Of a DNA stretch of 64,000 nt, positions 25,498 through 42,012 are shown in pieces; within the stretch, counting starts at the first letter, position 1; each line of letters begins with the position of its first letter. This DNA comes from the human T2T-CHM13v2.0 reference genome, Homo sapiens. The stretch lies in NCBI RefSeq assembly GCF_009914755.1, contig NC_060925.1; one strand, 5' to 3'. The notes below the pieces were generated by a model. That model worked only from the letters and a program-made list of their open reading frames with translations, had not been told where the DNA came from and searched no databases. The position numbers were made by a program, and so were the translations under genes.

Positions 25498-26814
25498 TTA
25501 CCCCAAAAAAGGCCTAAGGAGGCCTGCAGCCCGCCTCATGCATGCGACATTTAGCCTTAACAGCTTCACCAGCCCTCGGCCCTGTTTGCCACAGAAAAGC
25601 TGAAACCGCAGGTTTCTGAGTCAATTTACACCGCCCAATCCCTGACCTGCCCTCTTCCTGAGAGAGCCAACCAGAGGCCTCCAAGGCCCTGCCAAGGGAA
25701 CTCTGACCGGAAGAGCATCTCTGAGGCCTGCGCACAACACAAAACACCTAAGCAAGCCCAACTTGTGTCCTTGGTCTGAAGTCCCATCCTGAAAAGCCTG
25801 GTTAAACCAGAAATGAAACATACATGGTTTCCCAATGCTTCCCCTTCTGAGTCTCCAGTGAGGACAAGATTGCCATGAGGTTTTGTCTCCCTCTCCCAGT
25901 AACAGTAACAAGTGAAACAGGCAACTGGATATCAGGCAGGATCTTGGCTCCAGCCTCGAGTTGGTTCACGGAGCTTCTGTCTTCACCACGGAGGCCTCTG
26001 CCGATTCGCAGGGCAGGTCCACAGCTGACCGGTTTCACCACGACTGCTCCACGGCCACGGTCACCCGGAAGGCCCTGAGGAACTGCTCTTTGGTGATTTC
26101 AGGAGGTTATTTCCCTGCACATTTGCACAGATTCAGGACAAAACCCAACACTGCGGAGCCAGACAGTCTTCCTCTTGTTGGGGCATGTGAAGGGGCCACT
26201 GGCCTCTGGGTGGGACACTGATCCTAGAGAGGCCCACCTGCCCCTCTTGGACAAGCCCCACCCAGGTCCAGGAATTCTGCTCAACCTCTCTGGTTCCCAG
26301 TCACCCCCAGGACTGACAGAGGGTAGAAAGTGTCCTATCTTCCAGGATACATGGTATCCACTAGATCTCAGGAGTTCAGAAGTAGTTATTTTATAAACTC
26401 AGAGTTTAAGAAGATTTCTCAGGACGTGTCAGGCAACATGGTACACGCACAGAACCCCAAAGGAGCATCTCTCAGAATCTCCCTCAAGTACACGCAACGT
26501 AAATGATCACTGAGATGGACAATTTCAAATCTGAACCCGGTATCTGGAATGCAATTTTCCACCTGAAATTGGCATATCATCTGCACTGACTGCAGCCTGG
26601 AAGGCATCTACCCATTGAGCATCAGGACATCCCAGGTTCCTCCTGAAAACGTCACCCACCTTTAAGGGTTCTGACAAAGTGTCTGAAGAGCTCTCGATAG
26701 GAGTCCTGGTAGCGGCTAGCCTGGGTCTGGGAGCGAAGGGACAGGGACATGCCCCGCCCGGTGATGCCCAAGGAATTCTGATTCTCCATCTGCAGCACGC
26801 CTTGGGACCCACAC

Positions 26815-27790
26815 ACCCAGCTAACGACCTCTATCTAACCTGCGGAATCAACCCGGCTGACGACCTCTATCTAACCCGTACAATCAACCCAGCTGATGAC
26901 CTCTATCTAACCCATACAATCAACCCAGCTGATGACCTCTATCTAACCCACACAATCAACCCAGCTGATGACCTCTATCTAACCCACACAATCAACCCAG
27001 CTGATGACCTCTATCTAACCCACACAATCAACCCAGCTGATGACCTCTATCTAACCCACACAATCAACCCAGCTGATGATCTCTATCTAACCCACACAAT
27101 CAACCCAGCTGATGACCTCTATCTAACCCGCAGAATCAACCCAGCTGATGACCTCTGTCTAACCCACACAATCAACCCGGCTGACGACCTCTATCTAACC
27201 CACATAGTCAACCCAGCTGATGACCTCTATCTAACCTGCAGAATCAACCCAGCTGATGATCTCTATCTAACCCGCACAATCAACCCGGCTGATGACCTCT
27301 ATCTAACCCGCACAATCAACCCGGCTGATGATCTCTAACCCGCACAATCAACCCAGCTGACGACCTCTATCTAACCTGTAGAATCAACCCGGCTGATGAC
27401 CTCTATCTAACCCGCACAATCAACCCAGCTGACGACCTCTATCTAACCCACACAATCAACCCAGCTGATGATCTCTATCTAACCCACACAATCAACCCAG
27501 CTGATGACCTCTATCTAACCCGCACAATCAACCCGGCTGATGATCTCTATCTAACCCGCACAATCAACCCGGCTGACGACCTCTATCTAACCTGTAGAAT
27601 CAACCCGGCTGATGATCTCTATCTAACCCGCACAATCAACCTGGCTGATGACCTCTATCTAACCCACACAATCTACCAGGCTGATGATCTCTATCTAACC
27701 CACACAATCAACCTGGCTGATGACCTCTGTCTAACCCACACAATCAACCCGGCTGATGACCTCTATCTAACCCGCACAATCAACCCAGCT
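26815..27790 (+). repeat. 36-bp minisatellite (~27 copies) filling a GFOD3P intron
   Basis: Unit ACCCAGCTGATGACCTCTATCTAACCCACACAATCA. Confidence 0.97.
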
Positions 27791-28038
27791 TTTCACAGTG
27801 GACTGGCGAAGGGTGGAAAAGGGCAAGGGTCACCTCCAGTCTCTGGTCGCAGCTGTCTGTGCAGTGCTGGCTGACGTCCTGGTCGCAGCTGTCTGTGCAG
27901 TGCTGGCTGATGTCCACGCTAACCACGGCCTCACAGGGAAACTTCATGCTGATCACAACAGCATCTGCATCTTTTAAGGCGGCCATATCTAAGCAGAAGA
28001 AAACTTTAGATGATACAAAAGTTGATTTAGGCAAATGA

Positions 28039-28349
<311 letters not shown>

Positions 28350-28683
28350 TAACTGAAGCAGTGGGCGGAGGGCATAGCCAAGTAGTGACACAGAAACTGG
28401 TCCTTAATAGAAAATTAAATTGTTCCAAAATGGGTCCCTGAGAGGCACGGGGACGCTGCCCAGCAAGCAGTCCAATTCCGTGTTTGCTAAGCTTCTGTAG
28501 CGTTGGCGGTCCCGGGCCCAGGCACCTTCTGGACCCTGGGAGTACAGCCATGGGCCTAGCAGAGCCAGTCCCCATGTCCCACCCGGGGAGCGGGCCCCAG
28601 ACAGGTACTTGTCTGGCCTTCTGAGGAAGAGCGAGAAGTGGACAAGAGGACAGTGGGGTTGCGGGGGGCGGCACCCGTGAGCC

Positions 28684-29299
28684 TGAGGCAGGAGATTAGG
28701 GTCTGGAGGCAGGGAACCTAAGGCTGTTTCACAACTTCCTTGAACTATGTTGAAGGGAAAACCCTAACTTTCCACTCCTAAGTAACAAAAGGACCGGAGG
28801 CCTTTGCAAACCCCACTCACGTTTTCTGCCTGGCAGATGGGAAACTGGCTGTCTGCAACAAATCAGACTGATTGTGGGTCAAGTCTTCCTTTGCAACTTT
28901 GTAACTTCACTCACTCCAGCCTCTGAATGGTCGCTGTTCACACCAATCAGACTGATTACAGGCTGAGTTTTCATCTGCACAGAAGTATAACTTTGTAACT
29001 TCACTCCAGCCTCTGACTGGTTGCTTTTTGCAACCACTTCGTTTACATGAGGTGAGCATGAAGTGGCCAATGGGAAACTTCTAGGGGGTATTTGGGCCCA
29101 AGAAGATTCTGTATCCGGCCCTAGAGCTGCTGCTCGGGCCGCTCCCACACTGTGGAGTGTGTTTCATTTTCAATAAATCCCTGCTTTCGTACTTTTGTTG
29201 CTTCATCCTTTCTTTGCTTTGCTGGGTGTTTTGTCCAATTCTTTGTTCAAAAGGCCAAGAACCTGGACAATGTGCAGTCAAGACCCTCGACCGGTGACA
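28684..29299 (+). mobile_element. ERV1 solo LTR, MER51-like, in a GFOD3P intron (antisense to the host)
   Basis: TGAGGCAGGAGATTAGGGTCTGGAGGCAGGGAACCTAAGG...GGTGACA; repeated CAATCAG/GATTG boxes; AATAAA at ~29172. Confidence 0.8.
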
Positions 29300-31228
29300 G
29301 GCCCGCGGGGTCTGCGGAGACCATGGCCTCCACCTGTGCTCTGGAGAGCTCAGAGCAGGTGGGCACCTGGTCCAACTGAGGTCTTACAGGGAAGAGATTG
29401 CAGGCAGATGGCCACAGCCAGGATGAGGACATGGCTGGGATCGGGGTGGTGGCCAGCGGAGCAGGGTGTGTGGGTGAACTTTGGGCAGACGGGGGAGGCA
29501 GTGCCAAAAGGGGGTGCTGACGAGACAGAGTGAAGCAGGCACTGAGAGAAGTCAGCACTGGCACTGGCTGGGCCTGGACTTGCCCCAGTACACAAAGTGT
29601 GGTGTGAGGGGTACCACGTCAGTCCCGGCCCAAGCCTCAGGATGTCTCAGTGCTTCTACTTTGGTCCCCTGAGGCCATCAAATGTGTGGCCACGCTGCTG
29701 TGGGGACCTGAGGAGGCGTGGGGACGACACGGAAGAGAACCCAGGTGACAGCGGGGCCCGGCCCTGGGACCCTGGTGGGGCTGTTCCAGGCAGGCCGCTG
29801 ACCAGCTGGCTGTAGTCACGTGAGTGACCACCGGGCAGACCAGAAGAGGGACTCCAGCCAAGCCCAGTCCAGGCTGCAAAATCCTAACTACCCAGTGGCT
29901 GTTGTTTCAAGTGTGTGGTGTGTCATAAAGCAACAGATAATCTGTCCTCTTCAGCAGCCCTCAGGACCCACCCTGAGCTTCTGCTGCCAGGCCAGGACCT
30001 AGGAACCAGCATCCCCAGCCCCGCCTTCACCTGGTGCTCGCTGATGATCTGCTAATCTGTGTGCATCCCACCCTGGCTGTGACTTCCAGCCGGGACTGTG
30101 TTTCTTCACCTTTGCAACCTGAGAAACGACAGGGGCCTGTCACATCGCAGGGGCTGGAGAAATGGTTACTACAACAGTGACTCTCAAAGTTCATCAAATG
30201 TGAAACACTTCCTGCATGATGCCTGAGGGATTCAGTGACGCGACCATTTAGTCATCTGTTTTACATGTGCTCCATGTTACTTTATCTGCTCCCCAAAGCT
30301 GGGAGTGGGGGAGGAATCCTGAACAGGGGCCCCAGCCTGTGCTACATCTTCAACCAGCCTCGGTGGCCATAGGAGCACCTTGCAACAGTGAGGCCCACTC
30401 TTACCTGGGCAGAAGACATGTCCCAGAGAAAACACAGTGTCCGGAGTGGCTTCCCCCAGCAACATGCATACGGCATCCACGTCGTGCACAGCAGCGTTGT
30501 AGAAAGTCCCACCTGGACACAAGGGAGGGTGAGCTCTGGCTTCTGGTCTCGAGGGAAGCTACTGGCGAGAAGCATTGGAGGGTTCTGGGTCACAGGGAAC
30601 CACGTGACATGGACACAGATGCCACAACGCTGTGCATTCCCCCAAAAACGCAGATGCCCACCTGCTCTCTTTAGGGAAGCCGGAGAGGCCGCCGGGAACA
30701 GGCAGTGACGGCGGTGATCCAGTGGATCCTCCCCAGGGCGTGGCTGACACAAACTTGCTTGTGCAAGAACTGGAAAACCGGATCAAAGTGCCTAGCAAAG
30801 GAGTCAGGAGATGAAGCAGGCAAGCCTATTCCCCGAAGCCCATTCTCCCTGAGACACCTGGGCACAGGTGCAGACATCACCTCAGCCAGCCCAGCCCATA
30901 GCTGCTCGGAGAGCATCCCTCACGATTTCAGAAGCTGCCTCCGGCGGGCAGCAAACAACTACTCCAGAGACGCTGCAGGAGTAAAGTGGAATGTTAAGAG
31001 CGTGCTTTGAGACCTAGAACATTCCAGAATCCATGCTGCTAACACCACTCTATAAACCATCTCAGGCACGAGAATAACAGAAGAAAAAGGCCTCAACAAA
31101 GTAAATTGTGAAAACATTTCCGGTATGACTTACTTCAGAATTTAACTTGCTAATTTTGAGGAACAAAATACAGATCCCAGCCAAGTCACAGAATAGGCTT
31201 CTGTGAGTCAAATTCTATTACGATCCTC

Positions 31229-32130
31229 AGGGACAGATGCAGTGGCTCACGCCTGTAATCCCAGCACTTTGAGATTTGGCTGAGGCAGGAGGATCACTTG
31301 AGCCCAGGAGTTCAAGACCAGCCTGGGAAACTTGGCAAAAACCAATCTCTAGAAAAAATACTAAAAAAAAATTAGCCAAGCTTGGTGTCACACACCTGTA
31401 GTCCCAGCTACTCAGGAGGCTGAGGTAGGAGGATCACTTGAGCCAAGGAGGTTGAGGCTGCAGTGAGCCATGATCGCGCCACTGCACTCCAGCCTGGGTG
31501 ACAAAGCAAGACTCTTTCAAAAAAAAAAAAAAGATGCTCCCTTCCTCAGCCTACAGAGGTCAGCCTCAGGTGTGGGCTGGACAGGAGCCCGGGGACTTCC
31601 GAGGACTGTGATCTCCAGGCTGGCCACACAGGTGCGTGCAGTTCGTAAAAAACACACCGACTCGGGCACTTTGCTGTGTGTATCATGTATGAACGTGTGC
31701 ATTCTGTGAATGTGATACCCGAGTGAAAAGTGTGAAAACCTGCCTAAAGCAGATGCCACAGATAACTGAAAACTAAAATTTGCAGGCCGGGCGCAGTGGC
31801 TCACATCTGTAGTCCCAGCACTTTGGGAGGCCGAGGCAGGCAGATCACAAGGTCAGGAGATCGAGACCATCCTGGCTAACACAGTGAAACCCTGTCTCTA
31901 CTAAAAACACAAATTAGCCGGGTGCGGTGGCAGGTGCCTGTAGTCCCAGCTACTCGGGAGGCTGAGGCAGGAGAATGGCGTGAACCCAGCGGTGGAGGTT
32001 GCAGTGAGCCAAGATCGCGCCACTGCACTCCAGCCTGGCGACAGAGTGAGACTCCGTCAGGGTAAGACTCCGTCAGAGGAGTGAGACTCCGTCTCAAAAG
32101 ATAAATAAAGTAAATAAATAAATAAATAAA
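31229..32130 (+). mobile_element. Two Alus (~31229-31532 J-like; ~31786-32130 younger, with a triplicated GAGACTCCGTC end and (TAAA)n tail)
   Basis: Alu consensus; AAAATTTGC flanks the second copy on both sides. Confidence 0.88.
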
Positions 32131-34129
32131 ATTTGCCAACTTTCCAAAAACACACAAAGCATTAACATTCACGAACGTTCTTCTGCAGTGGCAATGGGCT
32201 TTGCTGAGACACAACACCATCCGCTAATACGTTCAGAGCCCTCCACATGCGTTAACAACCTGGGGTCAAACTCTCCCCTTGCTACACTAGTAAGAGCATG
32301 TCCAAACCTGGACACACCAAAGGTGAGCCAGGCCTGACCTGTGAGCAGCACCGGCCAGCTCTGCGAAACACCAGGCAGTGCCCAGCCCAGGCCTGAACAC
32401 AGTGGCTGCGCCTGACCCCAAGGCTGGGTGGCTGCCCGCGAGCCCGTTTACCTGCTGTGGCTGTCCACACCCTGTGGACAGCAAGTATAGATGCTGCTCT
32501 AGCTGCTGGAGACACCGCTCATGAACAGGGTGGACATGTCACACCCAGCTGCTCGAGTGAAGGGAGGAAGCCAGGACCCCATTGCAAAGGCTGTACATTC
32601 AAAATATCCCAAATCCAGCCATACTGCTGCCCTGGTCCGGGCCCATCATGCCCCACTGGCCCCCCAATACCCCTCACTGGTGTCCCTGCGTCCTTCTCCT
32701 CCGCCCCCTGAGTGTGAGCTCAAACCAAACCAACCCCTGGCGGCTTTCAAAGCCTCCGGGTGGCCCCCAGGCTCCTTGGGCCTGGGACCTCCTTGCCTAG
32801 CCCTCACCCCATTCACTCCGTTCCTGCCAGCAGGGCCACTTGGCTACACCAAGGCCTGGAGAAGACTCAGTGTCCTCTTTGTAGAGTGTGCTCGTCCCCG
32901 GATGCCCCCACGGCCATCTCACTCACCCACCTAGGTCCCTGCTCCAATGCCCCCTCCTCAAGTCTTCCCCAGCCATCTCACCTAAAACAGCACTCCCACC
33001 AGCCTCCCTCTCCCGACTCAGCGTGAGTTCTCTCCGCAGAGCTTATTGCTACTGATGTGTTGAGATCTACGCATCTGCCTCTGCCCCCAATTCAGCAGCA
33101 CAAGCATGGGGACTTTGCAGCATTCAGAGCCATTTCTCCAGCCCCCAGGACGGTGCCCGGCACACAGCAGGTGTTCAGTGAACCTCTGCTGACAACTGAA
33201 ACCGTACCGCTGGTCGTTGAGGACAATGTCTGCATCCTGTTCCCGAACCACTCTGGTGTTGGCCCAAATGCTCAGCTCTGAAGGCTTGCTCCACATCACA
33301 CAGCTGGTCCTCCACCACGTACAGCAAGCAGCAGCTGTTCTCATCCACCACACTCTGCAGCAGTGCCGGGCTCCCGAAGCCCACCCCAAAGATGCCCAGG
33401 CCAAGGTGGCCAGCCACCCCGGCTCCAAAGTCACGAGAGCATCTCGGGCCTCCTCCGGGGAGCACCCTGTGGGAGGCTTCAGAAAAACTCTGGCTGGTCT
33501 GCTCTGAGGGCACTGCTGGTATCTTTACTTGGAAAGCAGGAAACACTGAAAGGTGGCCGGTGGAGGCAGATGGTGTTGCATCCTCCCGGGCAGACAAGTC
33601 GCTGGTGGTGGTGCTGATGGCAGGAGGGTTGACAGGGAGCAGAGACGTGTGGCCCACAGCGGGAGGAGGTACCGTGCCAATGCTGGGACTGCCTGAGAGA
33701 ATGAGCTGAGGCTGAGGCTGACGGGGCAAGGGCGGGTGGCACGGGTGTGCAGTAAGGCTGGTGGCAGCGAGATCCGAGGCGGCTGAGCTGGACAAAAGAC
33801 ACATTCACTTAAACAAAGTGGCAGGACTCACAGCACCCAGTCCACAATCATCTCAGAGGATCAACAGTGGGGAGTTACCCTACAGACCAGTATGTATCTG
33901 GCTTGTGATAAGGCAGCATTCAGGTGGCCACGCACACTTTAACAAAACTGCGAGACTTCACAGGGTTTACTCCCTAAGTAGGCAAGCCACTAGCAGATCC
34001 CGTAAACGTAGTGTCATCAGGCGGCCTGTCCACGTACTTTGGAAACGTTTGCAGGGCAGAGAATCCTAAAATAGCCCGCAGCCCGCTGGGATGACTCCTG
34101 AAACACCAGCGTTGGCACTGACATTTACA

Positions 34130-35130
34130 TGAGAATGGGCGTCCGCAGGCCGTGCTGCCTGCCCGAGGACAGGTGTTCCAGGATGCGGTCCCTCCGCACG
34201 CGCACGGGCAGCTCGCAGGCCCTGCAGTAAAGGGTCTCCACCACAGACGTGTCCCCAGAGTCACTGTGCTCAATCAGGTGCTTCACCACCAGGTCGGTGA
34301 ACTCCGCCGCGTAGTCGTGTAAAGCCTTCTTTTTCCCGCCCATTGTCGGGTCCGGGATGGAAACGGAAGCAGCCTCGACCCCCGACCGAGGGACCCGTGG
34401 GATCTGCGCTCACCGCCCTGCGAGCAGAGGCGTTCGTGTCGGAGCCCCCACACCTGGGGAGCGGGGAGCTGCGGTCCCTGGTTGTCCCACAGGAGAAGGG
34501 GGAGGGAACGGGGCAGGCGGGGAGGATGAGCGCTTCCGCGTGCAGCGGGGGCTGGAGTGGGTCCGTCCGAGCTGGAGTGGTCTCCGAGGGGCGGCGGATG
34601 CTCGGAGGGGGCGGATCCCTTAGGGCTGGGGGCCAGGACGATCCCACCCGGAGAAGCCTCGCGGGCGAGAAGAGGGTCCCTTCCTGCGGGGGCAGATGGA
34701 GGCGCGGGAGCCTTCCCCGGGAGGTGACCGAGGCCAGTCAGCGGCCCCGGGGACCCAAGGCCGGGGACTCTCGGCGGCCGGTGGACGGGCAGGGCCGGCC
34801 CGCCTGGGCAGGCGGCGGGGTGAAGGTGTCCAGGGCCTGAGGCGGCAAAGTGCCGCCGCCGTCAGCCCCGACTGCCACCCACCAGGCACCCGGCCCATCC
34901 CCGGCTCCCATCTAGGGATCCACACCCGGGCGCCGCGGCGCCGCGGTTTAAAGCCTGTGAGATCCCGCAACAACCCGGATCCGGAAGCGCGGGGTCGCGG
35001 CTGGGCGAGGGCAGGGGTGGGGCCTTCGGTGCAGACCCAGGGCCAAGTCGAGGGAGGCTCCGGGCGCGGGGCGGGGTCTTGGGCGTGGGGGCGGAGCCTG
35101 CGCGGGGCGTAGAGATCTGACGGGTCCCAG
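34130..35130. promoter_or_regulatory. CpG-island promoter of TP73-AS1/GFOD3P
   Basis: High CpG density; GC boxes (GGGGCGGGG ~35067-35076); ETS-like CCGGAAG at 34981-34987. Confidence 0.85.
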
Positions 35131-35324
35131 ATGCACCTGCACCCAGGTGCTGACTGCCCCACCTTAGGCGGTTTCTCTGGGCCCGTTATCTCCAAGTGGA
35201 GCCGCTCTCCCCACAGGATTTCCCTGATTGGCAAGAGGGTTTTATTTTCTTATTAAGAAAATAAAATTGACTTTGCAATTTACAATTTTTTTTTTACAGT
35301 AACCAAAAATCTTAGGCTTGTTAG

Positions 35325-35640
<316 letters not shown>

Positions 35641-35819
35641 TAGACGCACGTGTGCCTTTCACACTCCACCCTCACTTCACACTGGCCCACCCACTCCTTG
35701 TTCTGGGAAATGAGGACGCAGCAGGAGATACCTGTAGCTAACACACACACACCTTGCCCCCCGCGATGGCCAGACTTCCAGGGCTGCCTCGCTTCCCAGA
35801 TACATTTTCTGGTGCCACT

Positions 35820-36747
35820 TGTAGGGTCCAGCCCTATGGGGCTTAGCGGGTGTTCTCCCCGTGTGCAGAGATGAGAGATTGTAATAAATAAAGGCACAAG
35901 ACAAAGAGATAGAAAGCAGCTGGCCCCAGGGACAACTACCATCAAGACGTGGAGACTGGTAGTGGCCCCAAACGGCTGGGCTCGCTGATATTTATTGCAT
36001 ACAAGACAAGGGGGCAGGGTAAGGAGGGTGAATCTTCTAAGTGATTGACAAGGTGAAGCAAGTCATGTGATTACAGGATACATTTTAGGTAGGCAAGGCA
36101 GAGAGAGAAGGCAGCATACGTCAGCGTTTTCTTCTCTGCACTTATAAGAAAGATCAAAGACTTTAAGACTTTCACTATTCCTTCTACCGCTATCTACTAC
36201 GAACTTCAAAGAGGAACCAGGAGTACGGGAGGGGCATGAAAGTGGACAAGGAGCATGAGCATTGAAGCACCACAGGGAGGGGTTAGGCCTCCGGATGACT
36301 GTGGGCAGGCCTGGATGATATCCAGCCTTCCATAAGAAGCTGGTGGAGCAGAGTGTTCCCTGACTCCTCCAAGGAAAGGAGATTCCCTTTCATGGTCTGC
36401 TAAGTAACGGGTGCCTTCCCAGACGCTGGCGTTACCGCTTGACCAAGGAACCCTAAAGCGGCCCTTATGCGGGTGTGACAGAAGGCTCACCTCTTGCCTT
36501 CTATTCACTTCTCACAATGTCCCTTCAGCACCTGACCCTGCACCCGCTGGTTATTACTAGATTATGTTAGTAATGCAACAAAGAGTAATATTAAAAGCTA
36601 ATGATTAATAATGATTGATAATTGTTCATCATCTCTATATCTAATTTGTATCATGACTATCCTTATTCTAACTATTTTCTTTATTATGCTGAAACAGTTT
36701 GTGCCTTCAGTCTCTTGCCTCGGCACCTGGGTAACCCTCCGCCCACA
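35820..36747 (-). mobile_element. HERV-K-family solo LTR, LTR13-like
   Basis: Minus strand begins TGTGGGCGGAGGGTTACCCAGGTGCCGAGGCAAGAG and ends CCCTACA; perfect 6-bp TSD GCCACT (35814-35819 / 36748-36753). Confidence 0.9.
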
Positions 36748-37213
36748 GCCACTGGTCTGCATTTAAGCCAACTCCAAACATACCTTCTAGATCTGGGGGA
36801 AATCTAGCCATTTTCATATGAAGTGACAAGACGAGAAGCTTTGATTTGTTTGTATAGATTGAATGTCGGTCCCAAGATAAGCTTTCTATTTAATATTGGC
36901 TTCGCTATCGATCAAATTGTCACCATGAGTTTCTGTTAACTGAACCAGAAATTTACTTGAGTGTTTTAATAGACGAGGAGTCTGTTGAACAGCGTTTCAG
37001 AGACCAATGTAAAAACAAAGCATAATACATGTGATTTTCAAACATGCTGGACCTCAGGCCAATGTGACAACATTTCCTGTGGTCCAAGTCCCCAAAACAA
37101 TTAGAGATTCATATGGAAGACTACAAAATAATCAACAAAAGAGAAATTGGCAAGGCAAGAATTCTTTCTCAGTATTTGAGGCTGGTAAAAGTGCTTTATT
37201 TCTTATTAAAATA

Positions 37214-37877
<664 letters not shown>

Positions 37878-38001
37878 TAGGTCAAAAATTCAAATATATA
37901 CTAGGCTTGTTTTGTACTTTAGATGCAAAAAACTGAAGAGATTTTTGGATGATAAATATTTTTTATAAAGTCATATTGGAAAGGATGGGGTCATGAATTT
38001 C

Positions 38002-38991
38002 TGTGGGGAAAAGAAAGAGAGATCAGATTGTAACTGTGTCTATGTAGAAAAGGAAGACATAAGAAACTCCATTTCGATCTGTATGAAGAAAAATTGTTCT
38101 GCTTTGAGATGCTGTTAATCTGTAACTTTAGCCGAAACCCTGTGTCACAGAAGCATGTGCTGTATTGAATCAAGGTTTAATGGATTTAGGGCTGTGCAGG
38201 GTATGCCTTGTTAACCATCCGTTTGCAGGCAGCATGCCTGGTAAAAGTCACCGCCATCCTCCATTCTCTATTAACCAGGGACACAATACACTGAGGAAAG
38301 CTGCAGGGACCTCTGCCCAAGAAAGCCTGTCCAAGGTTTCCCCCCACTGAGACAGCCTGAGATGTGGCCTTGTGGGAAAGGAAAGACCTTACATCCCCCA
38401 GCCTGATACCCATGAAGGGTCTGTGCTGAGGAGGAGTAGTTAAAGAGGGAGGCCTCTTTGCAGCAGTTGAGATAAGAGGAAGATTTCTATCTCCTGCTCA
38501 TCCTTCGGAACAGAATGTCTTGGTGTAAAGCCGACCATTCGTTCTACTCTTAGATAGGAGAAAACCAGCCTGTGGCTGGAGGCGAGATATGCTGGCAGCA
38601 ATACTGCTCTGTTCCTCTTTGCTACACTGAGATGTTTGTGTAAAGTGAAACATAAATCTAGCCTACGTGCACATCCAGGCACAGTACTTTTCCTTAAACT
38701 TATTCATGATACAGATTCCTTTGCTCACGTTTCCCTTCTGACCTTCTCCCCACCATCACCCTGTTGCCCTGCCACACTCCCCTCACCAAGGTAGTAAAAA
38801 CAGTGATCCATAAATACTGAGGGAACTCAGAGACCAGCGCCGATGCAGGTCCTTGCATGCTGAGTGTGCCGGTCCCCTGGGCTGACTGTTCTTTCTCTAT
38901 ACTTTGTCTCTGCGTCTTGTTTCTTTTCTCAGTCTCTCATCTCCACCTGAAGAGAAATACCCACAGGTGTGGATGGGGCAGGCCCCCTTCA
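38002..38991 (+). mobile_element. HERV-K(HML-2) solo LTR, older LTR5A/LTR5B type
   Basis: TGTGGGGAAAAGAAAGAGAGATCAG...CCCCTTCA; perfect 6-bp TSD AATTTC (37996-38001 / 38992-38997). Confidence 0.92.
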
Positions 38992-39110
38992 AATTTCCTT
39001 CAGTCAGCAAGCAGAGAAGCCTTTCTTCCCATTCAGACCCTAATCAAGGCTTCTGAAGGTAGGGGTTTTGTCTTTCTCTCCTTAAAAGATGTCTTGAGGT
39101 AGGCATTTGA

Positions 39111-39875
<765 letters not shown>

Positions 39876-40052
39876 CCCAGAAGGCAACCTTCAATATTGA
39901 GCTTTGCTCTTCTCAAAAACCTGGTGTCACAGCACTGGCCTCCAGCGCATCCAGCCGCGGGCCCCTTTTGCTCAATAACGGTTTCTATGGAGACATCTGT
40001 GATGCCACCACTGCTCCCAGGAGCCCACAGGACCTGGAGCTCTGGAAGCTGA

Positions 40053-40511
<459 letters not shown>

Positions 40512-40904
40512 TGATGGGTTACCAAAGGGGGATTCCAGGCAGGCAACGAATTGAGCGCTAGGGGTGGAAAGAGCCCTGCGGTCCTCTCCCTTTCTGAAGG
40601 GCCTGGTGCCTTAGTCCCCACATGCCACCGGCTTCTTCTGGGTTAGCTGCTTTGGGTTGGTCCTCCCCTCTTGCAGACCTTGGCTCCCGGTGTCTCTGGT
40701 TGGCCAAGGGGAGAAGATGTACAGTTTGCCCCAAGACTCCCAAGGTGCATCTTGAAAAGGAGAGTGAAGGGGAGAAAATGTGAAAGGGGACCTCAGCCAG
40801 TCAGGTACGCTGTGCCACCGTGTACTGGGGGAGCCCGAGATGGTCACCCCGGCTCCTGGCAGCTTCCTGGGTGAATGCATTGCCTGGACCTAGTGGACTA
40901 TGGT

Positions 40905-41417
<513 letters not shown>

Positions 41418-41604
41418 TGAATCTCAGCCGACAGTCAGGCAGAAGCAGGGCCCCCGTCTGTCTAGGCTTCAGGATGCCTAAGAAGCTCTCGGTGGGCAGC
41501 CAGTGCTCCAGAACCAGGGGGTTGTTGTGGGCAGGTCTCTGGGGAGGCCTGAGGGGCCACACGGTGTCCTGGGTGTGGGGTCTGCATCTACATACGACTC
41601 ATAG

Positions 41605-42012
<408 letters not shown>

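Noticed and set aside
26679-27338. 219-aa ORF with THTINPADDLYL repeats, and the CRISPR-like look of the 36-bp array
   Set aside because: Head-to-tail minisatellite with no unique spacers, no cas genes and a human context; the ORF exists because the period is a multiple of 3.
33175-33804. 209-aa ORF (KIAA0495-type product) as an independent gene
   Set aside because: It starts inside the polypyrimidine tract of the ancestral intron and leaves the homologous frame at 33263-33265; better explained as pseudogene exon 2.
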